A DNA stretch of 58,007 nt from NCBI GenBank assembly GCA_963810995.1, contig CAWERM010000092.1:1-58007 (forward strand), given 5' to 3'. Positions 29,438 to 39,466 of the stretch are shown piece by piece. The stretch comes from an uncultured Acidobacteriaceae bacterium (GTDB lineage Bacteria; Acidobacteriota; Terriglobia; Terriglobales; Acidobacteriaceae). The position numbers were made by a program, and so were the translations under genes. Positions within the stretch are counted from its first letter, which is position 1. Every line of letters starts with the position of its first letter. The notes below the pieces were generated by a model. That model was not told where the DNA came from. It searched no databases and saw only the letters and a list, made by a program, of their open reading frames with translations.

Positions 29438-30971
29438 ATGCCTACCACGATGACCAAAGTTCACCCAGGCGCCTATGGGTTCCCGGTCAACCTCAAGAAG
29501 CGTTACGACAACTACATTGGAGGTAAGTGGACGCCTCCGGTTGCGGGCGAGTACTTCGATAACATAACGCCTGTGACTGGGCAGGCGATATGCGAGATTG
29601 CGCGGTCGAAGGCCGCGGATGTGGATAAGGCTCTGGATGCGGCACACGCGGCCAAGGCAGCCTGGGGCAAAACGTCCGGAGCCGAGCGCGGCCGCCTGTT
29701 GGAGAGGATTGCGCAGCGGATCGAGGACAACCTTGAGATGCTGGCCACCATTGAGACCTGGGACAACGGCAAGCCGATCCGCGAGACCATGGCTGCGGAC
29801 ATGCCGCTTGCGGTGGACCACTTCCGTTACTTCGCGGGCGTAGATACGCGCGCAGGAGGGTTCGATCGGCCAGATCGACTCGACCACCGTGGCGTATCAC
29901 TATCATGAGCCGCTGGGCGTGGTGGGGCTTATCATCCCGTGGAACTTTCCCATCCTGATGGCAGCATGGAAGCTGGCGCCGGCGCTGGCCGCGGGCAACT
30001 GCGTGGTGCTGAAGCCGGCCGAGCAGACGCCCATGTCGATCCTGTGCTTGTTGGAGTTGATCGAAGACATCCTGCCTCCGGGCGTGATGAACGTGGTCAA
30101 CGGCTTTGGCCTGGAAGCGGGCAAACCGCTGGCATCCAGCCCACGCGTAAACAAGATTGCATTCACGGGCGAGACCACCACTGGGCGGCTGATCATGCAG
30201 TACGCCGCGCAGAACATCATTCCGGTGACGCTGGAACTGGGCGGAAAGTCAGCCAACATCTTCTTCGCGGACGTGTTGGCCGAGGACGATGCGTTCTACG
30301 ACAAGGCGCTGGAAGGCTTCACACTGTTCGCGCTGAACCAGGGCGAGGTATGTACCTGTCCGTCGCGCGCGCTGATCCAGGAGACGATCTACGACCGCTT
30401 TATGGAGCGGGCGCTGAAGCGGGTGAAGGCGATCAAGCAGGGCAATCCGCTGGATTCCTTGACCATGCTGGGCGCGCAGGCTTCCAGCGAGCAGATGGAG
30501 AAGATCCTTTCGTACCTCGACATCGGCAAGCAGGAGGGCGCTGAAGTGCTGATCGGCGGCAAGCAAAAGAAGATGGAAGGGGATTTGAAGGACGGTTTCT
30601 ACATTGAGCCGACCGTCTTCAAAGGGCACAACAAGATGCGCATCTTCCAGGAGGAGATCTTCGGGCCAGTGGTTTCGGTGACGACATTCAAGACGGAAGA
30701 TGAGGCGCTGGAGATCGCCAACGACACTCTGTACGGACTGGGCGCGGGCGTGTGGACGCGGGACATGAACCGCGCGTACAAGTTCGGCCACGGCATCCAG
30801 GCTGGCCGCGTATGGACGAACTGCTATCACCTGTATCCGGCGGGCGCGGCGTTCGGCGGATATAAGCAATCGGGCGTCGGACGAGAGACCCACAAAATGA
30901 TGCTTGACCACTACCAGCAGACCAAGAACGTGCTTGTCAGCTTCAGCCCGAATGCCATGGGATTCTTCTAA
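29438..30971 (+). pseudogene. Aldehyde dehydrogenase (AldB/ExaC type), split by one extra base at about 29843 (real or sequencing error)
   Basis: AAGGAG then ATG 29438. [20 protein letters not shown]; removing G29843 restores [26 protein letters not shown]. Then [36 protein letters not shown]. Confidence 0.9.
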
Positions 30972-30973
30972 AC

Positions 30974-31405
30974 ATGAGTGCACTGAAGACGACTGGAGCT
31001 GATTCGACTGTTTCGGCAACGCCCATTTCCTCGGCGCTGCCGCAACAGGTGCTGACGACTCCGGCGGCGGTGGAGTTGATGGAGAAGCTGAAGGCGAAAC
31101 ATGGGCCGCTGATGTTTCACCAGTCGGGCGGCTGCTGCGATGGAAGTTCGCCGATGTGCTATCCGCTGGGTGAGTTCATGACCGGCGACAGCGATGTGCT
31201 GTTGGCAACCATAGAGGGCGCTCCGTTCTACATGAGCAAGAGCCAGTTCGAGTACTGGAAGCATACGCAGTTGATCCTGGATGTGGTGCCGGGGCGAGGC
31301 GGGATGTTCTCGCTTGAGAACGGCGGGGGCGTGCGCTTCCTGATCCGTTCGCGGGTGTTTACGGATGCGGAGATAGCTACGCTAAGGACTGCGGGGCGGA
31401 TTTAG
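30974..31405 (+). CDS. DUF779 family protein
   Basis: HGPLMFHQSGGCCDGSSPMCYP and QFEYWKHTQL; usual partner of this ALDH type. Confidence 0.9.
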   Translation: MSALKTTGADSTVSATPISSALPQQVLTTPAAVELMEKLKAKHGPLMFHQSGGCCDGSSPMCYPLGEFMTGDSDVLLATIEGAPFYMSKSQFEYWKHTQLILDVVPGRGGMFSLENGGGVRFLIRSRVFTDAEIATLRTAGRI

Positions 31406-31656
31406 GACGATGGATTTATAATGGGGAGATGCATTGCCTGGAAATGTTTGGCGACGGCAGACCATAGCGTGAGATGGAGAGCAACGCGAACCCTCCGATA
31501 CCGCGAACTGAATATTGAAAACTCATTTGAAGTTCGGCTCGCTTTCGAGCAAGGAACTGTCTGCGTTGACGGGAGACCGGGCATCCGCCTATAGTTCTCT
31601 CGCTTCAGGAAATAGAAGCCCATACCCGTCAAGGGTTGTTCTGAAAGGCTGCCGTC

Positions 31657-33997
31657 ATGACCCAAGCGAATGTCCTCCGCGCATCCCTGTTTCTTGCCCT
31701 GGCAGTTGTTCTTGACATCCAGCGCAGCTGCCCAGCCGGCTAAACCTGCCGCTGCCGCTCAAGCGCAGCCGGTCGCCCATCCTCTGCCGACGGTGGCCAA
31801 AGTGACGGTCAAATCGCCAGTGACACTGACCGACAACGGCACAAGCTGGACGCTGGACAACGGCATCGTGAAGATCACCGTCCCCAAGAGCGACGGCAAT
31901 CTGTCGGAGGTGATGTATCACGGCATCAGCATCCTTGGCCACGGCAAGTACTGGGAGCAGACGCCCGCCGGAACCATTACAGCACGGGTGACGATCGACC
32001 CGGCGAGCAATGGCGGCGAACGTGCCGAGGTCTCCGTGAAGGGCGTCAACCCGCGCAGCATGGACATTGAGACGCGCTTCACGCTGGAGCGCGGCAGCAG
32101 CGGCTTCTACACTTATGCCGAGTACATTCATCCGGCCTCGTACCCTTCGTGCATGTAGGCGAGAACCGCTTCATTCTGGAGTCGATGAACCCGACCTTCG
32201 ACTGGCTCTCGGTGGACAAAGACCGCAATATGTTGATGAGCAACGCGCGCGGCGGACATCACGATCCATGCCAAGGAACAGAGCATCTACACCTCCGGCA
32301 TTTATAAGAATTCGGTCGAGCACAAGTACACCTACAACTCCCTGATGTACAAGCTGCAGGCCTGGGGATGGTCCAGCACGAAGGACCATATCGGGGTGTA
32401 TTTCATGAATCCATCCAACGAGTACATTGGCGGAGGCCCGGAGAAGCTGGACCTGATCGACCACATGACGGCTCCCGGCTGGCGTCTCCAGGCAACATTC
32501 TCGACTACTGGACCTCCGGCCACTATGGTGCGGGCGATAACACGGAGATTCCAGCAGGTCAGGCCTGGGGGCGGGTCGTTGGGCCAATCTTTATTTATTT
32601 CAACCGGCTGGCCGACGCCAAGGACCCGTCGCAGGCCGAGCTGGACAAGCTGACGGCCAGCTATGGCAGCGGGATGCCCGCCGTGCCCGCGGAGTGGCAT
32701 GACAACGGCATTGCTCTGTGGAACGACGCGGTGGAGAAGTCGAAGGCGGAGAAGGCCGCATGGCCGTTTAGCTGGGTCGAAGGCGTGGATTACCCGCATA
32801 AGGATGGCCGCGCGACGGTCACTGGGCAACTCGTTCTGGACGACTCGCAGGCTGCATCCAAGCTGCTGCCCAACCTGAATGTTGGACTCACACATGCGAA
32901 CTTCAAGGGGTCGGAGAGTGGCTATACCCTGCTGGCGGGCAATGGCGACATCGTTACCTGGCCGCACGACGGCAACTACTACCAGTTCTGGACCGAAGGC
33001 AGCGCGGATGGCAGGTTCATCCTCCCCAACGTCCGCCCCGGAACCTACACACTGCATGCCTTTGCCAATGGAGTGTTGGGCGAATATGCCAAGGCCGACA
33101 TCACGGTGGAAGCGGGCAAGAAGATCGACCTGGGAAAACTGGACTGGCAACCCGTCCGTTACGGCAAGCAGATATGGGAGATCGGCTATCCCGACCGCAC
33201 CGGCGATAAGTTCTATAAGGGCGACCCCGCCAACTACTGGCTGTGGGGCTGGGGATTGCGCTACAGCCTGCTGTTCCCCAACGACATTACTTACACCATC
33301 GGCAAGAGCGACTACCGTAAGGACTGGTTCATGGAAGAGGTGCCGCACTCTACAACGACCGCGTGGCTGAATCCGGCCGCCAAGGACCCGGCGAACCAGC
33401 GATTCGGATGGGTGGCAATTCCGGCGACGACGGCGGACCCGTGGCCGCAGTGGGGCCAGGGCCGGGCCACTACATGGACGGTGAAGTTCAACATGGCGAA
33501 GGCCTCGCAGGGCACGGCAATCTTGCGCGTGGCATTGGCGGGTGCGGACGGCGGCGGCAACCGCGCGCTTGGCGGCGGCAACCCTGCCTTCGGCGGCAAC
33601 CCTGCCTTCGGCGGCAACCCTGCCTTCGGCGGTGGACGCGCCGCTGGTGCAGGGGGAGCGCGACCCGGAGGCGGCTCGGCCTATGTTGGCTCGGATACGC
33701 AAGGCGGGCTGATCATCGGGGTAAACGGGCAGACCGTCGGCACCATCCATCCGGTCGCCACCAACGCTTTGCGGTACAACTCCAGATAAGGGCGTGTGGT
33801 ACCAGTACATCCAGAAGTTCGACGCCTCTCTGATGAAGGCGGGCGAGAACTCCGTCACCTTCACTGTTCCTGCCGGAGATGTCACCACCGGAGTCGTCTG
33901 GGATTATGTGCGCCTGGAGCTGAACGACGGCAGCAAGACTTATCCAACTCCGCCCGACAATCCGAGTCAACGGCCGGACTATCCAACTCTCGAATAG
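31657..33997 (+). pseudogene. Secreted rhamnogalacturonan lyase (PL4-like), broken by about five single-base frameshifts
   Basis: GAAAGG then ATG 31657 with a signal peptide. Pieces LDNGIV, SGFYTYA, GENRF, VEHKY, NPSNEYIGGGP, YQFWT, NVRPGTYTLHA, IWEIG.PDR, WDYVRLE sit in successive frames with shifts near 31710, 32150, 32258, 32480 and 33784. Confidence 0.8.
33574..33627 (+). repeat. In-frame 18-bp tandem repeat x3 (GGNPAF)
   Basis: GGCGGCAACCCTGCCTTC three times exactly; degenerate copy at 33553-33570. Confidence 0.9.
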
Positions 33998-34242
33998 GTT
34001 GAGCCGTACTCGAGGCGGTCACCCCAGGGAAGAGAAGACGTTGGATTGACCGTTTATCCGTTTCGATATTTCTGAACCAACATAAATATAGGTTTCGAAC
34101 GATTGAAGAGGACCGATTGGATTCACCACCATTGGTGACTACCAACCTGGCACTCCATCTTTCAGATCGTACGAACCGCTATTAAATTTCACTGGAACCA
34201 TAGGCCTGAGGAGATTGAACTCTGCGTAGATGATGTAAAGGG

Positions 34243-36834
34243 TTAAGGAAGATTGGAGGTCATCCACTTCACGGCATCGTTCAGTGTGTTGTTGGGCAGG
34301 CGATTGTAGTCCCATGGCTCATTGATTGCCAGCTTATCTTCCGCGCCATAGAGAGAGTAAACCTGCTTCGCCTGGGAGACTGCGGACGCAACGTCCGCGG
34401 GAGTTGCATCGCGATCCAGGAGCGGCTCGACCACCAGCACGGGACGCGGCGCAATCATTCCCAACAGGTCCTGATAGTCATAGGGAATCTGCGACTCGTG
34501 ACCGATGAAGAAGCCGAGCAATGGAACCAGGTCGCGTTCGTAGCTGTAGCGAGCGACGCCGCCATCGCCACGGGCCGCCGTGTCGGTGCGCATCGGCGTA
34601 AAGCCTGCGATGGATACAACTCCCTTCACCCGCGAATCAAGCGCCGCTTCGTAGATTGCAACCGTGCCGCCGAGCGAATAGCCGAAGAGGTAGATCCGTT
34701 CCGGATCGACCAATTGGTCCTTGGCGAGTGCGTCGACGGCGGAGTGCGCATCCTCCACCAGCCGTCCCATGTGTGACCACTTCGGATAGCGGTCGTAGAA
34801 TGGGCCTGTCTCCGACAAGCGACTGCCAAAGCCGCTCTGGTCGTAGGCCAGCACCGCGTATCCTGCATGCACCAGAGCCAGAATCGGATGCAGGTCCGAG
34901 TGGTACACCCACATGTAACCCAGCGGGTAACTATATCCGTGCAGCCAGATCACGGCGGGAAGCTTCTTTCCCGCAGGAGTGTCCTTGGGATAATAGAGGT
35001 CTCCTGCGATACCACCGAAGTTAATATGGCGCACGGCTGCTTCGCTCTTCTCCGGCTCCAGCCAGCCGTAGGAATTTCCGCCATTGTTAATGACCCACAA
35101 GGGAAGGTTCGGCGCAACTTGCCCGGCAGTTGGGGCAGGGCCTCCGACGCCCATCGCCAGACCAAATGCAGCAGGGCGTGGCGCCGCTGACATGGCTGCG
35201 GGCGCCGTTGCGCTGGGAGCCACCGCGCCAGCTCTGCCTGCGCCTGCAATCCCAGTCCCTGTAGCCGCGCCCGGTGTACCTGGAGCCGCCCCGCCTGCCG
35301 GTCGCGCAACAGCACCTCGACCTGGGTCAGCTACTGGCCCCGCGCCGAAAAACGCACTGGCGGAGTCCGCGCTGGATAGTTTCGGAGGCTCATCGCCCAA
35401 CATCGAGAGCACCGACTTGCGGAGTTCAACCGATTTTTTCTCCCAGTCTGCCGCGGAAGAAATCTTTCCGCTGGACGATTGGAGAAGGTCGTCGCTTGTG
35501 TGCTCTGGATATTTGCTCAGGTCGAGGGATTGCCTGCTGTTGGTGCGCCATGTGTCCCAGTTCCACTGGAAGATCAAGTTGCTGGTCCACATCTTTGTGG
35601 AGCGCCCAAACTGTTGATCCAGCCAGTCCAGGTCGGCCTCTTCATCGTTCGCGCCATGAAAGCCGGGAACACGCAGCGTGCCGATGCGGTCGGGGACGCC
35701 GAGCAACTGATACACCTTCAGCGCGGAGTAGTAGGTCTGCTCGTTGCCCCAGGTGTTCGAGACCTGATCGTTGTTTCCCCACTCCATCAGCAGGGAGCGC
35801 GGCGCGATCATCGCCGCTAGCAGGTTGCCATCCACCGGCAGGCGATCTTCCCGTCCGGCGAAGAAGCGCAGTTGCGGAGCGAACCAGGTTGGAAAGGAGC
35901 GCGTGGTGCTCTCAATTCCTTCGCCGAATCCGCGCTCGCCCGCCGCGCGCCATGGCAGCACTCCGCCCACGCCCGTGCTGCCGGCGATCACCGCCGTGAT
36001 GCGCGGATCCAGCGCTGCCGCGAGCACCGCCATCTTTCCATCGCGCGAGTAGCCGAAGATCGCGATGTGCTTCATGTCCACTTGCGACAATGTCGCCAGG
36101 TAGTCCACCACCAGGCCCGCGGCCCATCCGCGCCGAGGCAACAGCGCAAAGTCGTAGTCGGGATAAAGCTGGGACAGCGCCGCGGCATCGTCCATTGCGT
36201 CGTTGCCCGCGAATCCCGCGGAGATGTACCCACGCCGGATCAGAGAAGCAGCCCAGCCCTGAAGGCTGGAGTTGATCAGCACCGGAAACGGCCCGTCGCC
36301 GTCGGGAATATACACGCGCACGCGCATTGTGCCTTTATCGCCCGGCCCAAACTCCAGCCGCACATTGCGCACCGTGTAGCCGTCCGCGTGCTTCTCGTCC
36401 AGCAGGATGACATGATCGATCTTTGGCCTGGGCGGTACCGTGCCCCATACATACTTCTGCGATAGATTCGAAATCTCGTCCCGCCGCACAGTCCACTGGG
36501 CTGCTGTTGTCACGGTGCGTCCATTTAGAAACATCAGCGGATCGGGAAGGCTATTGTTTCTCGGCAGCGAGTTGAAATCGGGTGGCAAGGCATTCGTCTT
36601 CTTCAGCCATGCGTCGAAGGATGGAACAGGCGGCAGAATCTGTAGCAGCTTGTCGCGGTACTGCTCGCGGTCCTCGGTCGACATCGGTGCCTGCGATTGC
36701 GCGCCGGCGAGCATATCCGGGGCCTTTGCAGCCGAGGGTACGGCGGCTTGCTTCGGAGCATTCATGCAGCCGAGGCTGCCGAAAAGAATTCCCGATAACA
36801 CGGCCCCGATTAGAATACGATTTTCAAATGCCAT
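34243..36834 (-). CDS. Lipoprotein with two alpha/beta-hydrolase domains (CE15-like plus a second esterase)
   Basis: Lipobox-like SLGC; LPDPL, GYSRDGK, DRLPVD...IAPR; Ala/Gly/Pro linker; second nucleophile GYSLGG with another IAPRP. Confidence 0.78.
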   Translation of the reverse strand: MAFENRILIGAVLSGILFGSLGCMNAPKQAAVPSAAKAPDMLAGAQSQAPMSTEDREQYRDKLLQILPPVPSFDAWLKKTNALPPDFNSLPRNNSLPDPLMFLNGRTVTTAAQWTVRRDEISNLSQKYVWGTVPPRPKIDHVILLDEKHADGYTVRNVRLEFGPGDKGTMRVRVYIPDGDGPFPVLINSSLQGWAASLIRRGYISAGFAGNDAMDDAAALSQLYPDYDFALLPRRGWAAGLVVDYLATLSQVDMKHIAIFGYSRDGKMAVLAAALDPRITAVIAGSTGVGGVLPWRAAGERGFGEGIESTTRSFPTWFAPQLRFFAGREDRLPVDGNLLAAMIAPRSLLMEWGNNDQVSNTWGNEQTYYSALKVYQLLGVPDRIGTLRVPGFHGANDEEADLDWLDQQFGRSTKMWTSNLIFQWNWDTWRTNSRQSLDLSKYPEHTSDDLLQSSSGKISSAADWEKKSVELRKSVLSMLGDEPPKLSSADSASAFFGAGPVADPGRGAVARPAGGAAPGTPGAATGTGIAGAGRAGAVAPSATAPAAMSAAPRPAAFGLAMGVGGPAPTAGQVAPNLPLWVINNGGNSYGWLEPEKSEAAVRHINFGGIAGDLYYPKDTPAGKKLPAVIWLHGYSYPLGYMWVYHSDLHPILALVHAGYAVLAYDQSGFGSRLSETGPFYDRYPKWSHMGRLVEDAHSAVDALAKDQLVDPERIYLFGYSLGGTVAIYEAALDSRVKGVVSIAGFTPMRTDTAARGDGGVARYSYERDLVPLLGFFIGHESQIPYDYQDLLGMIAPRPVLVVEPLLDRDATPADVASAVSQAKQVYSLYGAEDKLAINEPWDYNRLPNNTLNDAVKWMTSNLP

Positions 36835-36861
36835 GTGCGTTCCGTCCCTTCCGTTAGCCAC

Positions 36862-39204
36862 TCACTGCTCTCCAACGAAAAATAGAGATGAAACCGAAGT
36901 TAGTTTAAGATGCACTGTGGTAATTGGTTGACCATTTGCATCTCCCTGCGTACTCTCCGCCGGTTCCTGCGTGCCGGTGTGCGGGTTCCAGATCGTCAGC
37001 GTCTTGTGCCCGCGTAGAACTACCTTGGTATCAATATCCTTGGGCGACGAGTTAGCGAAGAAGTATATATCGCGGTCGTCTTTCACCTTATGGATGTAGG
37101 TCAACGCTCCTTCATACTCGTTGCCGGCCCGCAACTCGCCTAGAGGCTGTTGAAACTCCACGTCGCGCAAGGGAAGCGCCATCTTCAATATAGTGTCCAT
37201 CAGCCACGGATGGGTGTTGGGTAAATAGTATGCTTGCCCTCCCGCGCTGTTCTTCTTGATGTAATACCAGAAGACATAGTAGTTCTGGCGGTCCAGCGCG
37301 CGCTTGAGGTCTGCCTTTAAGGGCTCATCCACAGCGACGCCGAAGATATCCGCCATGGCCTGCTGCACGTCCTGATCTTTGCCGAATTCAGAGGAGTGCG
37401 TGGGGAGCTGATCGGTGGCGATGACTGCTCCGCCCTGGTCGTAGAACTCCTTGATCTTCTGGGCCGCCGCAGCGGAGAGCGTATCTCCGGCTGGCAGGAT
37501 CAGAACCTTGTACTCTTCGCGGTTTTCTTTATTATTGAGAATTAATTTTCCGTGGTCGATGGTGCAATTCTCCACCAGGACCTCCGGGTGCAAATAGGTG
37601 TAATCCACGCGCGACGCACGAAATAGGTCTTCGCCGATACTCTGGTAGTCCGCGCCTGGGGCTAAGCCGCCTTCGCGCGCATACGCCGTCTCCGAGACCT
37701 GCGGGGCCGTTTCGCCGGTGGATAATGGGAACTGCACCCCGCCCGCATTGTGATAGTCCGCATGCAGCGCGGCGATAGGATAGAGAACAGCGACATCCGC
37801 CACATGTCGCCCACCCTGAAGCATGTAGCTAAGTCGCCCGACGTAATCATTTAATTCCACGCGCTTAGGCTGCACCGTGCGCGCCGGGACCTGGGAATTA
37901 ATTCCCATCGCATACTGGTCCATGGCCACCTGGAACGCGATCTTATCGGTCAGCCCGGCATAGGCCGCATAGGTTTCAGCGCGAATAAGTCGATGGTCAT
38001 AATTAAACGCGGCTGAAGTAACAATTTTGTAAGAGACGTTAGATCGCCCATACCACCAGATATCGTCGATGGTAGGAATAGTCTGGTACTTAAACATTTT
38101 TATTAGGTCGCCGGTAAGGGGAGTAGGATTCACCGGCTCCTCTTGGTCGGTATGCCCACCGAATTGTAGATGGTGATCGACACACCAATCGTTCAGACGC
38201 TTGATGTAGTTCTCCTCGTATAGCGAGGCGCGGAATCCAAACAGGGCATTGCGGGCAGCGGCGGTTTGCGGGCCAATGTCGTACCACAGCGCCGGGTAAT
38301 ACTTCATGGGGGAATACCCGTACCGCTTCTGGAAGGCGGCATTGAAGTCCAGCGTCCACATGCGATCGGCATGGTGCATCGATGGTTCATCGTAAAAAGT
38401 CTGCGTTATCAGAGTGCCAAAGTATTTTCCCAAATATTGGTTGTATCGGTCATAAGTCAAGGACATATATGCAGTCATGGCCTTTGGGTCCAGATAATCG
38501 ACGACCTGCGCTTTGCCTTCGACGAGATAGAAGGCCATCGCCTTCCAGTCACCCTTTGGCACCTGTGTGATAAGATGACCGGCTTTCCCATGGTCGCTTA
38601 CATCCATCAGCTCGTGGGTGTCCCGGTTCATCAGGACCGAACCCATATAGATGCCTTCGGGAATCACCATGTCGATCTTCTTCGGCCCGGATATATCCTG
38701 CTCCACCATGTTGAGGCTCTTAGCTACATACTGAGGAAACTTGGAATAGAGCAGGCCTCCCGCCGTTCCGCTCGGAAAGGAGTAGTCGTCATACAGGACG
38801 ACCTCGAGCCCCTTCTTTTGCGCCTCTTGCACTCCAGCGTCATATAGCTTGAAGTACTCCGGGCTGAGAAACTCGACACCCGTCGCAGTGCTCAGCCTGC
38901 CTCGACCGAATGTTTTAAGATAGGCGTCCGAAAGTCCGAGAGATGTACTGCCGCCGGGTTCGAAGAAGAGACCGCCATAGTTCAATTTGGCGGCCTCATC
39001 AACTTCCGCGACGAGGCTTTGTTCGGTGTCACGGGTCATGTTGATGCTACCCATGGCGTGCCCACGGTACTGCGCGGGAGGAGCTTTAAATGTCTGCGGA
39101 TTGAAATCAGCTGCAGGTTGAGACTGGCTCGGTGCGGAAACTCCCGCCCCCAGCACGAGGAGTGCTGCTGTTAAAAGAACGGCACGGACAGATTGCACAT
39201 GCAT
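36862..39204 (-). CDS. Secreted glycoside hydrolase, GH106 alpha-L-rhamnosidase-like
   Basis: Signal peptide, FKAPPAQYR, FLSPEYF, LYDDYSFPSG.AGG, FYDEP, RLSYMLQGG..VADVAVLYP. Confidence 0.65.
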   Translation of the reverse strand: MHVQSVRAVLLTAALLVLGAGVSAPSQSQPAADFNPQTFKAPPAQYRGHAMGSINMTRDTEQSLVAEVDEAAKLNYGGLFFEPGGSTSLGLSDAYLKTFGRGRLSTATGVEFLSPEYFKLYDAGVQEAQKKGLEVVLYDDYSFPSGTAGGLLYSKFPQYVAKSLNMVEQDISGPKKIDMVIPEGIYMGSVLMNRDTHELMDVSDHGKAGHLITQVPKGDWKAMAFYLVEGKAQVVDYLDPKAMTAYMSLTYDRYNQYLGKYFGTLITQTFYDEPSMHHADRMWTLDFNAAFQKRYGYSPMKYYPALWYDIGPQTAAARNALFGFRASLYEENYIKRLNDWCVDHHLQFGGHTDQEEPVNPTPLTGDLIKMFKYQTIPTIDDIWWYGRSNVSYKIVTSAAFNYDHRLIRAETYAAYAGLTDKIAFQVAMDQYAMGINSQVPARTVQPKRVELNDYVGRLSYMLQGGRHVADVAVLYPIAALHADYHNAGGVQFPLSTGETAPQVSETAYAREGGLAPGADYQSIGEDLFRASRVDYTYLHPEVLVENCTIDHGKLILNNKENREEYKVLILPAGDTLSAAAAQKIKEFYDQGGAVIATDQLPTHSSEFGKDQDVQQAMADIFGVAVDEPLKADLKRALDRQNYYVFWYYIKKNSAGGQAYYLPNTHPWLMDTILKMALPLRDVEFQQPLGELRAGNEYEGALTYIHKVKDDRDIYFFANSSPKDIDTKVVLRGHKTLTIWNPHTGTQEPAESTQGDANGQPITTVHLKLTSVSSLFFVGEQ

Positions 39205-39466
39205 GGCTTACACCCCGCGGCGATTTAGCTGGAATCAATATATCCGCCACTGATTCGCTTGAATTGTACCCCTCAGGGGCCAGGATTGAAGCATGGCGTC
39301 GCGGAAAGGATACTCCAGCTCAAATCGAACCGATTTTGGCCGTATCCCCGGACGGTGCCGCACTTATTGAGCTTCATGCCTGGTATCAAATAATTCAGGG
39401 GTCCCATCATCGCGCCATCGGGACGACGTTTCACAAGCATCGTATCCATGCGGTATGCTCTCGAAC

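Noticed and set aside
31500-31640. Short inverted repeats (TTGACGGG/CCCGTCAA, GCTCG/CGAGC) upstream of the lyase as a riboswitch
   Set aside because: No recognisable aptamer consensus; stems this short are expected by chance.
29840-33790. Programmed frameshifting or phase variation in the ALDH and lyase genes
   Set aside because: No slippery heptamers or long homopolymers at the shift sites, and five shifts in one gene is implausible for recoding.
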